Positions 42,010-54,489 of a stretch of 64,000 nt of DNA are shown piece after piece. Below the pieces are notes generated by a model. It did no database searches. It was not told the origin of the DNA and saw only the letters and a list, made by a program, of their open reading frames with translations. The translations under genes and the position numbers were made by a program. The stretch is from Eledone cirrhosa (Eukaryota). The stretch lies in the NCBI GenBank assembly GCA_964016885.1, contig OZ024746.1, forward strand, positions 52,576,001 to 52,640,000, given 5' to 3'. Position 1 is the first letter of the stretch. Every line of letters begins with the position of its first letter.

Positions 42010-44107
42010 TATTGTAGTTAGAGGTTGCTGTGATGGTAGTGTTGTTGTTGTTGTTATTGTAGTTAGTGGTTTCTGTGATGGTAGTGTTGTTGTTGTTATT
42101 GTAGTTAGTGGTTGCTGAGATAATAGTGTTGTTGTTGTTGTTATTGTAGTTAGTGGTTGCTGAGATGATAGTGTTGTTTTTGTTGTTATTGTAGTTAGTG
42201 TTTGCTGAGATGGTAGTGTTGCTGTTGTTGTTATTGTAGTTAGTGCTTTCTGTGATGGTAGTGTTGTTGTTGTTATTGTAGTTAGTGGTTGCTGAGATGG
42301 TAGTGTTGTTGTTGTTGTTATTGTAGTTAGTGGTTGCTGTGATGGTAGTGTTGCTGTTGTTGTTATTGTAGTTAGTGCTTTCTGTGATGGTAGTGTTGTT
42401 GTTGTTATTGTAGTTAGTGGTTGCTGAGATGGTAGTGTTGTTGTTGTTGTTATTGTAGTTAGTGGTTGCTGTGATGGTAGTGTTGCTGTTGTTGTTATTG
42501 TAGTTAGTGCTTTCTGTGATGGTAGTGTTGTTGTTGTTATTGTAGTTAGTGGTTGCTGAGATGGTAGTGTTGTTGTTGTTGTTATTGTAGTTAGTGGTTG
42601 CTGTGATGGTAGTGTTGTTGTTGTTATTGTAGTTAGTGGTTGCTGAGATGGTAGTGTTGTTGTTGTTGTTATTGTAGTTAGTGGTTGCTGAGATGGTAGT
42701 GTTGTTGTTGTTGTTATTGTAGTTAGTGGTTTCTGTGATGATAGTGTTGTTGTTGTTGTTATTGTAGTTAAAGGTTGCTGTGATGGTAGTGTTGTTGTTG
42801 TTATTCTAGTTAGTCGTTGCTGTGATGGTAGTGTTGTTGTTGTTTTTATTGTAGTTAGTGGTTTCTGTGATGGTAGTGTTGTTGTTGTTATTGTAGTTAG
42901 TGGTTGCTGAGATGATAGTGTTGTTGTTGTTGTTATTGTTGTTAGTGGTTGCTGAGATGGTAGTGTTGTTGTTGTTGTTATTGTATTTAGAGGTTGCTGA
43001 GATGGTAGTGTTGTTGTTGTTGTTATTGTAGTTAGTGGTTGCTGAGATGGTAGTGTTGTTGTTGTTATTCTAGTTAGTGTTTGCTGTGATGGTAGTGTTG
43101 TTGTTGTTGTTATTGTAGTTAGTGGTTTCTGTGATGGTAGTGTTGTTGTTGTTATTGTAGTTAGAGCTTGCTGAGATGGTAGTGTTGTTGTTGTTATTGT
43201 AGTTAGTGGTTGCTGAGATGGTAGTGTTGTTGTTGTTGTTATTGTAGTTAGAGGTTGCTGTGATGGTAGTGTTGTTGTTGTTATTGTAGTTAGTGGTTTC
43301 TGTGATGGTAGTGTTGTTGTTGTTATTGTAGTTAGTGGTTGCTGAGATAATAGTGTTGTTGTTGTTGTTATTGTAGTAAGTGGTTGCTGAGATGATAGTG
43401 TTGTTGTTGTTGTTATTGTAGATAGTGTTTGCTGAGATGGTAGTGTTGTTGTTGTTGTTATTGTAGTTAGTGGTTGCTGAGATGATAGTGTTGTTGTTGT
43501 TGTTATTGTAGTTAGTGGTTTCTGTGATGGTAGTGTTGTTGTTGTTGTTATTGTAGTTAGTGGTTTTTTGTGATGGTAGTGTTGTTGTTGTTATTGTAGT
43601 TAGTGGTTGCTGAGATGGTAGTGTTGTTGTTGTTGTTATTGTAGTTAGTGGTTGCTGTGATGGTAGTGTTGTTGTTGTTATTGTAGTTAGTGGTTGCTGA
43701 GATGGTAGTGTTGTTGTTGTTGTTATTGTAGTTAGTGGTTGCTGAGATGGTAGTGTTGTTGTTGTTGTTATTGTAGTTAGTGGTTTCTGTGATGATAGTG
43801 TTGTTGTTGTTGTTATTGTAGTTAAAGGTTGCTGTGATGGTAGTGTTGTTGTTGTTATTCTAGTTAGTGGTTGCTGTGATGGTAGTGTTGTTGTTGTTGT
43901 TATTGTAGTTAGTGGTTTCTGTGATGGTAGTGTTGTTTTTGTTATTGTAGTTAGTGGTTGCTGAGATGGTAGTGTTGTTGTTGTTGTTATTGTTGTTAGT
44001 GGTTGCTGAGATGGTAGTGTTGTTGTTGTTGTTATTGTAGTTAGATGTTGCTGAGATGGTAGTGTTGTTGTTGTTGTTATTGTAGTTAGAGGTTGCTGTG
44101 ATGGTAG

Positions 44108-44141
<34 letters not shown>

Positions 44142-46325
44142 ATTGTAGTTAGTGGTTTCTGTGATGGTAGTGTTGTTGTTGTTATTGTAGTTAGTGGTAG
44201 CTAAGATGGTAGTGTTGTTGTTGTTATTATTGTAGTTAGAGGTTGCTGTGATGGTAGTGTTGTTGTTGTTGTTATTGTAGTTAGTGGTTTCTGTGATGGT
44301 AGTGTTGTTGTTGTTATTGTAGTTAGTGGTTGCTGAGATAATAGTGTTGTTGTTGTTGTTATTGTAGTTAGTGGTTGCTGAGATGATAGTGTTGTTTTTG
44401 TTGTTATTGTAGTTAGTGTTTGCTGAGATGGTAGTGTTGCTGTTGTTGTTATTGTAGTTAGTGCTTTCTGTGATGGTAGTGTTGTTGTTGTTATTGTAGT
44501 TAGTGGTTGCTGAGATGGTAGTGTTGTTGTTGTTGTTATTGTAGTTAGTGGTTGCTGTGATGGTAGTGTTGCTGTTGTTGTTATTGTAGTTAGTGCTTTC
44601 TGTGATGGTAGTGTTGTTGTTGTTATTGTAGTTAGTGGTTGCTGAGATGGTAGTGTTGTTGTTGTTGTTATTGTAGTTAGTGGTTGCTGTGATGGTAGTG
44701 TTGCTGTTGTTGTTATTGTAGTTAGTGCTTTCTGTGATGGTAGTGTTGTTGTTGTTATTGTAGTTAGTGGTTGCTGAGATGGTAGTGTTGTTGTTGTTGT
44801 TATTGTAGTTAGTGGTTGCTGTGATGGTAGTGTTGTTGTTGTTATTGTAGTTAGTGGTTGCTGAGATGGTAGTGTTGTTGTTGTTGTTATTGTAGTTAGT
44901 GGTTGCTGAGATGGTAGTGTTGTTGTTGTTGTTATTGTAGTTAGTGGTTTCTGTGATGATAGTGTTGTTGTTGTTGTTATTGTAGTTAAAGGTTGCTGTG
45001 ATGGTAGTGTTGTTGTTGTTATTCTAGTTAGTCGTTGCTGTGATGGTAGTGTTGTTGTTGTTTTTATTGTAGTTAGTGGTTTCTGTGATGGTAGTGTTGT
45101 TGTTGTTATTGTAGTTAGTGGTTGCTGAGATGATAGTGTTGTTGTTGTTGTTATTGTTGTTAGTGGTTGCTGAGATGGTAGTGTTGTTGTTGTTGTTATT
45201 GTATTTAGAGGTTGCTGAGATGGTAGTGTTGTTGTTGTTGTTATTGTAGTTAGTGGTTGCTGAGATGGTAGTGTTGTTGTTGTTATTCTAGTTAGTGTTT
45301 GCTGTGATGGTAGTGTTGTTGTTGTTGTTATTGTAGTTAGTGGTTTCTGTGATGGTAGTGTTGTTGTTGTTATTGTAGTTAGAGCTTGCTGAGATGGTAG
45401 TGTTGTTGTTGTTATTGTAGTTAGTGGTTGCTGAGATGGTAGTGTTGTTGTTGTTGTTATTGTAGTTAGAGGTTGCTGTGATGGTAGTGTTGTTGTTGTT
45501 ATTGTAGTTAGTGGTTTCTGTGATGGTAGTGTTGTTGTTGTTATTGTAGTTAGTGGTTGCTGAGATAATAGTGTTGTTGTTGTTGTTATTGTAGTAAGTG
45601 GTTGCTGAGATGATAGTGTTGTTGTTGTTGTTATTGTAGATAGTGTTTGCTGAGATGGTAGTGTTGTTGTTGTTGTTATTGTAGTTAGTGGTTGCTGAGA
45701 TGATAGTGTTGTTGTTGTTGTTATTGTAGTTAGTGGTTTCTGTGATGGTAGTGTTGTTGTTGTTGTTATTGTAGTTAGTGGTTTTTTGTGATGGTAGTGT
45801 TGTTGTTGTTATTGTAGTTAGTGGTTGCTGAGATGGTAGTGTTGTTGTTGTTGTTATTGTAGTTAGTGGTTGCTGTGATGGTAGTGTTGTTGTTGTTATT
45901 GTAGTTAGTGGTTGCTGAGATGGTAGTGTTGTTGTTGTTGTTATTGTAGTTAGTGGTTGCTGAGATGGTAGTGTTGTTGTTGTTGTTATTGTAGTTAGTG
46001 GTTTCTGTGATGATAGTGTTGTTGTTGTTGTTATTGTAGTTAAAGGTTGCTGTGATGGTAGTGTTGTTGTTGTTATTCTAGTTAGTGGTTGCTGTGATGG
46101 TAGTGTTGTTGTTGTTGTTATTGTAGTTAGTGGTTTCTGTGATGGTAGTGTTGTTTTTGTTATTGTAGTTAGTGGTTGCTGAGATGGTAGTGTTGTTGTT
46201 GTTGTTATTGTTGTTAGTGGTTGCTGAGATGGTAGTGTTGTTGTTGTTGTTATTGTAGTTAGATGTTGCTGAGATGGTAGTGTTGTTGTTGTTGTTATTG
46301 TAGTTAGAGGTTGCTGTGATGGTAG

Positions 46326-46359
<34 letters not shown>

Positions 46360-46480
46360 ATTGTAGTTAGTGGTTTCTGTGATGGTAGTGTTGTTGTTGT
46401 TATTGTAGTTAGTGGTAGCTAAGATGGTAGTGTTGTTGTTGTTATTATTGTAGTTAGAGGTTGCTGTGATGGTAGTGTTG
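42010..46480. repeat. Near-perfect tandem duplication, period 2,218 bp, with a more diverged third partial copy at about 46800-48500
   Basis: gtcgttgc 42813/45031, T6 run 43564/45782 and (GTT)11 44109/46327 all differ by 2218. A third T6 run lies at 48348. Confidence 0.9.
42190..42580. repeat. 132-bp three-unit higher-order repeat (45+45+42), 3 copies
   Basis: The gctttctg marker occurs at 42245, 42377 and 42509, each preceded by a gttgctgttg unit. It recurs at 44463/44595/44727 and 47158/47290. Confidence 0.88.
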
Positions 46481-49400
46481 TTGTTATTATTGTAGTTAGT
46501 GGTTGCTGTGATGGTAGTGTTGTTGTTGTTGTTATTGTAGTTAGTGGTTGCTGTGATGGTAGTGTTGTTGTTGTTATTGTAGTTAGAGGTTGCTGAGATG
46601 GTAGTGTTGTTGTTGTTGTTATTGTAGTTAGTGGTTGCTATGATGGTAGTGATGTTGTTGTTATTGTAGCTAGTGGTTGCTGTATTGGTAGTGTTGTTGT
46701 TGTTATTGTAGTTAGAGGTTGCTGAGATGTTAGTGTTGTTGTTGTTTTTGTAGTTAGAGGTTGCTGTGATGGTAGTGTTGTTGTTGTTATTGTAGTTAGT
46801 GGTTGCTGAGATGGTAGTGTTGTTGTTGTTGTTATTGTAGTTAGAGGTTGCTGTGATGGTAGTGTTGTTGTTGTTGTTATTGTAGTTAGTGGTTTCTGTG
46901 ATGGTAGTGTTGTTGTTGTTATTGTAGTTAGTGGTTGCTGAGATAATAGTGTTGTTGTTGTTGTTATTGTAGTTAGTGGTTGCTGAGATGATAGTGTTGT
47001 TTTTGTTGTTATTGTAGTTAGTGTTTGCTGAGATGGTAGTGTTGCTGTTGTTGTTATTGTAGTTAGTGGTTTCTGTGATGGTAGTGTTGTTGTTGTTGTT
47101 ATTGTAGTTAGTGGTTGCTGTGATGGTAGTGTTGCTGTTGTTGTTATTGTAGTTAGTGCTTTCTGTGATGGTAGTGTTGTTGTTGTTATTGTAGTTAGTG
47201 GTTGCTGAGATGGTAGTGTTGTTGTTGTTGTTATTGTAGTTAGTGGTTGCTGTGATGGTAGTGTTGCTGTTGTTGTTATTGTAGTTAGTGCTTTCTGTGA
47301 TGGTAGTGTTGTTGTTGTTATTGTAGTTAGTGGTTGCTGAGATGGTAGTGTTGTTGTTGTTGTTATTGTAGTTAGTGGTTGCTGTGATGGTAGTGTTGTT
47401 GTTGTTATTGTAGTTAGTGGTTGCTGAGATGGTAGTGTTGTTGTTGTTGTTATTGTAGTTAGTGGTTGCTGAGATGGTAGTGTTGTTGTTGTTGTTATTG
47501 TAGTTAGTGGTTTCTGTGATGATAGTGTTGTTGTTGTTGTTATTGTAGTTAAAGGTTGCTGTGATGGTAGTGTTGTTGTTGTTATTCTAGTTAGTGGTTG
47601 CTGTGATGGTAGTGTTGTTGTTGTTTTTATTGTAGTTAGTGGTTTCTGTGATGGTAGTGTTGTTGTTGTTATTGTAGTTAGTGGTTGCTGAGATGATAGT
47701 GTTGTTGTTGTTGTTATTGTTGTTAGTGGTTGCTGAGATGGTAGTGTTGTTGTTGTTGTTATTGTATTTAGAGGTTGCTGAGATGGTAGTGTTGTTGTTG
47801 TTGTTATTGTAGTTAGTGGTTGCTGAGATGGTAGTGTTGTTGTTGTTATTCTAGTTAGTGTTTGCTGTGATGGTAGTGTTGTTGTTGTTGTTATTGTAGT
47901 TAGTGGTTTCTATGATGGTAGTGTTGTTGTTGTTATTGTAGTTAGAGCTTGCTGAGATGGTAGTGTTGTTGTTGTTATTGTAGTTAGTGGTTGCTGAGAT
48001 GGTAGTTTTGTTGTTGTTGTTATTGTAGTTAGAGGTTGCTGTGATGGTAGTGTTGTTGTTGTTGTTATTGTAGTTAGTGGTTTCTGTGATGGTAGTGTTG
48101 TTGTTGTTATTGTAGTTAGTGGTTGCTGAGATAATAGTGTTGTTGTTGTTGTTATTGTAGTAAGTGGTTGCTGAGATGATAGTGTTGTTGTTGTTGTTAT
48201 TGTAGTTAGTGTTTGCTGAGATGGTAGTGTTGTTGTTGTTGTTATTGTAGTTAGTGGTTGCTGAGATGATAGTGTTGTTGTTGTTGTTATTGTAGTTAGT
48301 GGTTTCTGTGATGGTAGTGTTGTTGTTGTTGTTATTGTAGTTAGTGGTTTTTTGTGATGGTAGTGTTGTTGTTGTTATTGTAGTTAGTGGTTGCTGAGAT
48401 GGTAGTGTTGTTGTTGTTGTTATTGTAGTTAGTGGTTGCTGTGATGGTAGTGTTGTTGTTGTTATTGTAGTTAGTGGTTGCTGAGATGGTAGTGTTGTTG
48501 TTGTTGTTATTGTAGTTGGTGGTTGCTGAGATGGTAGTGTTGTTTTTGTTATTGTAGTTAGTGGTTGCTGAGATGGTAGTGTTGTTGTTGTTGTTATTGT
48601 TGTTAGTGGTTGCTGAGATGGTAGTGTTGTTGTTGTTGTTATTGTAGTTAGATGTTGCTGAGATGGTAATGTTGTTGTTCTTGTTATTGTAGTTAGTGGT
48701 TGCTGAGATGGTAGTGTTGTTGTTGTTTTTATTGTTGTTAGAGGTTGCTGAGATGGTAGTGTTGTTGTTGTTATTCTAGTTAGTGGTTGCTGTGATGGTA
48801 GTGTTGTTGTTGTTGTTATTGTAGTTAGTGGTTTCTGTGATGGTTGTGTTGTTGTTGTTATTGTAGTTAGAACTTGCTGAGATGGTAGTGTTGTTGTTGT
48901 TATTGTAGTGAGTGGTTTCTGTGATGGTAGTGTTGTTGTTGTTATTGTAGTTAGTGGTTGCTGAGATGGTAGTGTTGTTGTTGTTGTTATTGTAGTTAGA
49001 GGTTGCTGTGATGGTAGTGTTGTTGTTGTTGTTATTATAGTTAGTGGTTTCTGTGATGGTAGTGTTGTTGTTGTTATTCTAGTTAGTGGTTGCTGTGATG
49101 GTAGTGTTGTTGTTATTATTGTAGTTAGAGGTTGCTGTGATGGTAGTGTTGTTGTTGTTATTGTAGTTAGAGGTTGCTGTGATGGTAGTGTTGTTGTTAT
49201 TATTGTAGTTAGTGGTTGCTGTGATGGTAGTGTTGTTGTTGTTGTTATTGTAGTTAGTGGTTGCTGTGATGGTAGTGTTGTTGTTGTTATTGTAGTTAGA
49301 GGTTGCTGAGATGGTAGTGTTGTTGTTGTTATTGCAGTTAGAGGTTGCTGTGTTGGTAGTGTTGTTGTTGTTTTTGTAGTTAGAGGTTGCTGTGATGGTA

Positions 49401-52400
49401 GTTTTGTTGTTGTTATTGTAGTTAGTGGTTGCTGAGATGGTAGTGTTGTTGTTGTTGTTATTCTAGTTAGAGGTTGCTGTGATGGTAGTGTTGTTGTTAT
49501 TATTGTAGTTAGTGGTTGCTATGATGGTAGTGATGTTGTTGTTATCGTAGCTAGTGGTTGCTGTGTTGGTAGTGTTGTTGTTGTTATTGTAGTTAGTGTT
49601 TGCTGAGATGGTAGTGTTGTTGTTGTTATTGCAGTTAGAGGTTGCTGTGTTGGTAGTGTTGTTGTTGTTTTTGTAGTTAGAGGTTGCTGTGATGGTAGTT
49701 TTGTTGTTGTTGTTATTGTAGTTAAAGGTTGCTGTGATGGTAGTGTTGTTGTTGTTGTTATTGTAGTTAGTGGTTTCTGTGATGGTAGTGTTGTTGTTGT
49801 TATTGTAGTTAGTGGTTGCTGAGATGGTAGTGTTGTTGTTGTTGTTATTGTAGTTAGAGGTTGCTGTGATGGTAGTGTTGTTGTTGTTGTTATTATAGTT
49901 AGTGGTTTCTGTGATGGTAGTGTTGTTGTTGTTGTTATTGTAGTTAGTGGTTTCTGTGATGGTAGTGTTGTTGTTGTTATTGTAGTTAGTGGTTGCTGAG
50001 ATGGTAGTGTTGTTGTTGTTGTTATTCTAGTTAGAGGTTGCTGTGATGGTAGTGTTGTTGTTGTTGTTATTGTAGTTAAAGGTTGCTGTGATGGTAGTGT
50101 TGTTGTTGTTGTTATTGTAGTTAGTGGTTTCTGTGATGGTAGTGTTGTTGTTGTTATTGTAGTTAGTGGTTGCTGAGATGGTAGTGTTGTTGTTGTTGTT
50201 ATTGTAGTTAGAGGTTGCTGTGATGGTAGTGTTGTTGTTGTTGTTATTATAGTTAGTGGTTTCTGTGATGGAAGTGTTGTTGTTGTTGTTATTGTAGTTA
50301 GTGGTTTTTTTGTGATGGTAGTGTTGTTGTTGTTATTGTAGTTAGTGGTTGCTGAGATGGTAGTGTTGTTGTTGTTGTTATTGTAGTTAGTGGTTGCTGT
50401 GATGGTAGTGTTGTTGTTGTTATTGTAGTTAGTGGTTGCTGAGATGGTAGTGTTGTTGTTGTTGTTATTGTAGTTGGTGGTTGCTGAGATGGTAGTGTTG
50501 TTGTTGTTGTTATTGTAGTTAGTGGTTTCTGTGATGATAGTGTTGTTGTTGTTGTTATTGTAGTTAAAGGTTGCTGTGATGGTAGTGTTGTTGTTGTTAT
50601 TCTAGTTAGTGGTTGCTGTGATGGTAGTGTTGTTGTTGTTGTTATTGTAGTTAGTGGTTTCTGTGATGGTAGTGTTGTTTTTGTTATTGTAGTTAGTGGT
50701 TGCTGAGATGGTAGTGTTGTTGTTGTTGTTATTGTTGTTAGTGGTTGCTGAGATGGTAGTGTTGTTGTTGTTGTTATTGTAGTTAGATGTTGCTGAGATG
50801 GTAATGTTGTTGTTCTTGTTATTGTAGTTAGTGGTTGCTGAGATGGTAGTGTTGTTGTTGTTTTTATTGTTGTTAGAGGTTACTGAGATGGTAGTGTTGT
50901 TGTTGTTATTCTAGTTAGTGGTTGCTGTGATGGTAGTGTTGTTGTTATTATTGTAGTTAGAGCTTGCTGAGATGGTAGTGTTGTTGTTGTTATTGTAGTT
51001 AGAGGTTGCTGTGATGGTAGTGTTGTTGTTATTATTTTAGTTAGTGGTTGCTGTGATGGTAGTGTTGTTGTTGTTGTTATTGTAGTTAGTGGTTGCTGTG
51101 ATGGTAGTGTTGTTGTTGTTATTGTAGTTAGAGGTTGCTGAGATGGTAGTGTTGTTGTTGTTGTTCTTGTAGTTAGTGGTTGCTATGATGGTAGTGATGT
51201 TGTTGTTATCGTAGCTAGTGGTTGCTGTGTTGGTAGTGTTGTTGTTGTTATTGTAGTTAGTGTTTGCTGAGATGGTAGTGTTGTTGTTGTTATTGCAGTT
51301 AGAGGTTGCTGTGTTGGTAGTGTTGTTGTTGTTATTGTAGTTAGAGGTTGCTGTGATGGTAGTTTTGTTGTTGTTATTGTAGTTAGTGGTTGCTGAGATG
51401 GTAGTGTTGTTGTTGTTGTTATTCTAGTTAGAGGTTGCTGTGATGGTAGTGTTGTTGTTGTTGTTATTGTAGTTAAAGGTTGCTGTGATGGTAGTGTTGT
51501 TGTTGTTGTTATTGTAGTTAGTGGTTTCTGTGATGGTAGTGTTGTTGTTGTTATTGTAGTTAGTGGTTGCTGAGATGGTAGTGTTGTTGTTGTTGTTATT
51601 GTAGTTAGAGGTTGCTGTGATGGTAGTGTTGTTGTTGTTGTTATTATAGTTAGTGGTTTCTGTGATGGAAGTGTTGTTGTTGTTATTCTAGTTAGTGGTT
51701 GCTGTGATGGTAGTGTTGTTGTTATTATTGTAGTTAGAGCTTGCTGAGATGGTAGTGTTGTTGTTGTTATTGTAGTTAGTGGTTTCTGTGATGGTAGTGT
51801 TGTTGTTGTTATTGTAGTTAGTGGTTGCTGAGATGGTAGTGTTGTTGTTGTTGTTATTGTAGTTAGAGGTTGCTGTGATGATAGTGTTGTTGTTGTTGTT
51901 ATTGTAGTTAGTGGTTTCTGTGATGGTAGTGTTGTTGTTGTTGTTATTGTAGTTAGTGGTTGCTGAGATAATAGTGTTGTTGTTGTTGTTATTGTAGTTA
52001 GTGGTTGCTGAGATGATAGTGTTGTTGTTGTTGTTATTGTAGTTAGTGGTTGCTGAGATGGTAGTGTTGTTGTTGTTGTTATTGTAGTTAGTGGTTTTTG
52101 TGATGGTAGAGTTGTTGTTGTTGTTATTGTAGTTAGTGATTGCTGTGATGGTAGTGTTGTTGTTGTTATTGTAGTTAGTGGTTGCTGAGATGTTAGTGTT
52201 GTTGTTGTTGTTATTGTAGTTAGTGGTTTTTGTGATGGTAGTGTTGTTGTTGTTGTTATTGTAGTTAGAGGTTGCTGTGATGGTAGTGTTGTTGTTGTTG
52301 TTATTGTAGTTAGTGGTTGCTGAGATAATAGTGTTGTTGTTGTTGTTATTGTAGTTAGTGGTTTCTGTGATGTTAGTGTTGTTGTTGTTGTTGTTATTGT

Positions 52401-54489
52401 AGTTAGTGGTTGCTGAGATAATAGTGTTGTTGTTGTTGTTATTGTAGTTAGTGGTTGCTGAGATGGTAGTGTTGTTGTTGTTGTTATTGTAGTTAGTGGT
52501 TTCTGTGATGGTAGTGTTGTTGTTGTTGTTATTGTAGTTAGTGGTTGCTGAGATAATAGTGTTGTTGTTGTTGTTATTGTAGTTAGTGGTTGCTGAGATG
52601 GTAGTGTTGTTGTTGTTGTTATTGTAGTTAGTGGTTGCTGTGATGGTCGTGTTGTTGTTGTTATTGTAGTTAGTGGTTGCTGAGATGGTAGTGTTGTTGT
52701 TGTTGTTATTGTAGTTAGTGGTTGCTGAGATGGTAGTGTTGTTGTTGCTGTTATTGTAGTTAGTGGTTTCTGTGATGGTAGTGTTGTTGTTGTTATTGTA
52801 GTTAGTGGTTGCTGTGATGGTAGTGTTGTTGTTGTTGTTATTGTAGTTAGTGGTTTCTGTGATGGTAGTGTTGTTGTTGTTATTGTAGTTAGTGGTTGCT
52901 GAGATGGTAGTGTTGTTGTTGTTATTCTAGTTAGTGGTTGCTGTGATGGTAGTGTTGTTGTTGTTGTTATTGTAGTTAGTGGTTGCTGTGATGGTAGTGT
53001 TGTTGTTGTTATTCTAGTTAGTGGTTGCTGTGATGGTAGTGTTGTTGTTGTTGTTATTGTAGTTAGTGGTTTCTGTGATGGTAGTGTTGTTGTTGTTATT
53101 GTAGTTAGTGGTTGCTGAGATGGTAGTGTTGTTGTTGTTATTGTAGCTAGTGGTTGCTGTGATGGTAGTGTTGTTGTTGTTATTGTAGTTAGTGGTTGCT
53201 ATGATGGTAGTGATGTTGTTGTTATTGTAGTTAGTGGTTTCTGTGATGGTAGTGTTGTTGTTGTTATTGTAGTTAGTGGTTGCTGAGATGGTAGTGTTGT
53301 TGTTGTTGTTATTGTAGTTAGTGGTTGCTGTGATGGTAGTGTTGTTGTTGTTATTGTAGTTAGTGGTTGCTGAGATGGTAGTGTTGTTGTTGTTGTTATT
53401 GTAGTTAGTGGTTGCTGAGATGGTAGTGTTGTTGTTGTTGTTATTGTAGTTAGTGGTTTCTGTGATGATAGTGTTGTTGTTGTTGTTATTGTAGTTAAAG
53501 GTTGCTGTGATGGTAGTGTTGTTGTTGTTATTCTAGTTAGTGGTTGCTGTGATGGTAGTGTTGTTGTTGTTGTTATTGTAGTTAGTGGTTTCTGTGATGG
53601 TAGTGTTGTTTTTGTTATTGTAGTTAGTGGTTGCTGAGATGGTAGTGTTGTTGTTGTTGTTATTGTAGTTAGTGGTTGCTGAGATGGTAGTGTTGTTGTT
53701 GTTGTTATTGTAGTTAGAGGTTGCTGAGATGGTAGTGTTGTTGTTGTTGTTATTGTAGTTAGTGGTTGCTGAGATGGTAGTGTTGTTGTTGTTGTTATTG
53801 TTGTTAGAGGTTGCTGAGATGGTAGTGTTGTTGTTGTTATTCTAGTTAGTGGTTGCTGTGATGGTAGTGTTGTTGTTGTTGTTATTGTAGTTAGTGGTTT
53901 CTGTGATGGTAGTGTTGTTGTTGTTATTGTAGTTAGAGCTTGCTGAGATGGTAGTGTTGTTGTTGTTATTGTAGTTAGTGGTTTCTGTGATGGTAGTGTT
54001 GTTGTTGTTATTGTAGTTAGTGGTTGCTGAGATGGTAGTGTTGTTGTTATTATTGTAGTTAGAGCTTGCTGAGATGGTAGTGTTGTTGTTGTTATTGTAG
54101 TTAGTGGTTTCTGTGATGGTAGTGTTGTTGTTGTTGTTATTATAGTTAGTGGTTTCTGTGATGGTAGTGTTGTTGTTGTTGTTATTGTAGTTAGAGGTTG
54201 CTGAGATGGTAGTGTTGTTGTTGTTGTTATTGTAGTTAGAGGTTGCTGTGATGGTAGTGTTGTTGTTGTTGTTATTGTAGTTAGTGGTTGCTGAGATGGT
54301 AGTGTTGTTGTTGTTGTTATTGTAGTTAGAGGTTGCTGTGATGGTAGTGTTGTTGTTGTTGTTATTATAGTTAGTGGTTTCTGTGATGGTAGTGTTGTTG
54401 TTGTTATTCTAGTTAGTGGTTGCTGTGATGGTAGTGTTGTTGTTATTATTGTAGTTAGAGCTTGCTGAGATGGTAGTGTTGTTGTTGTT

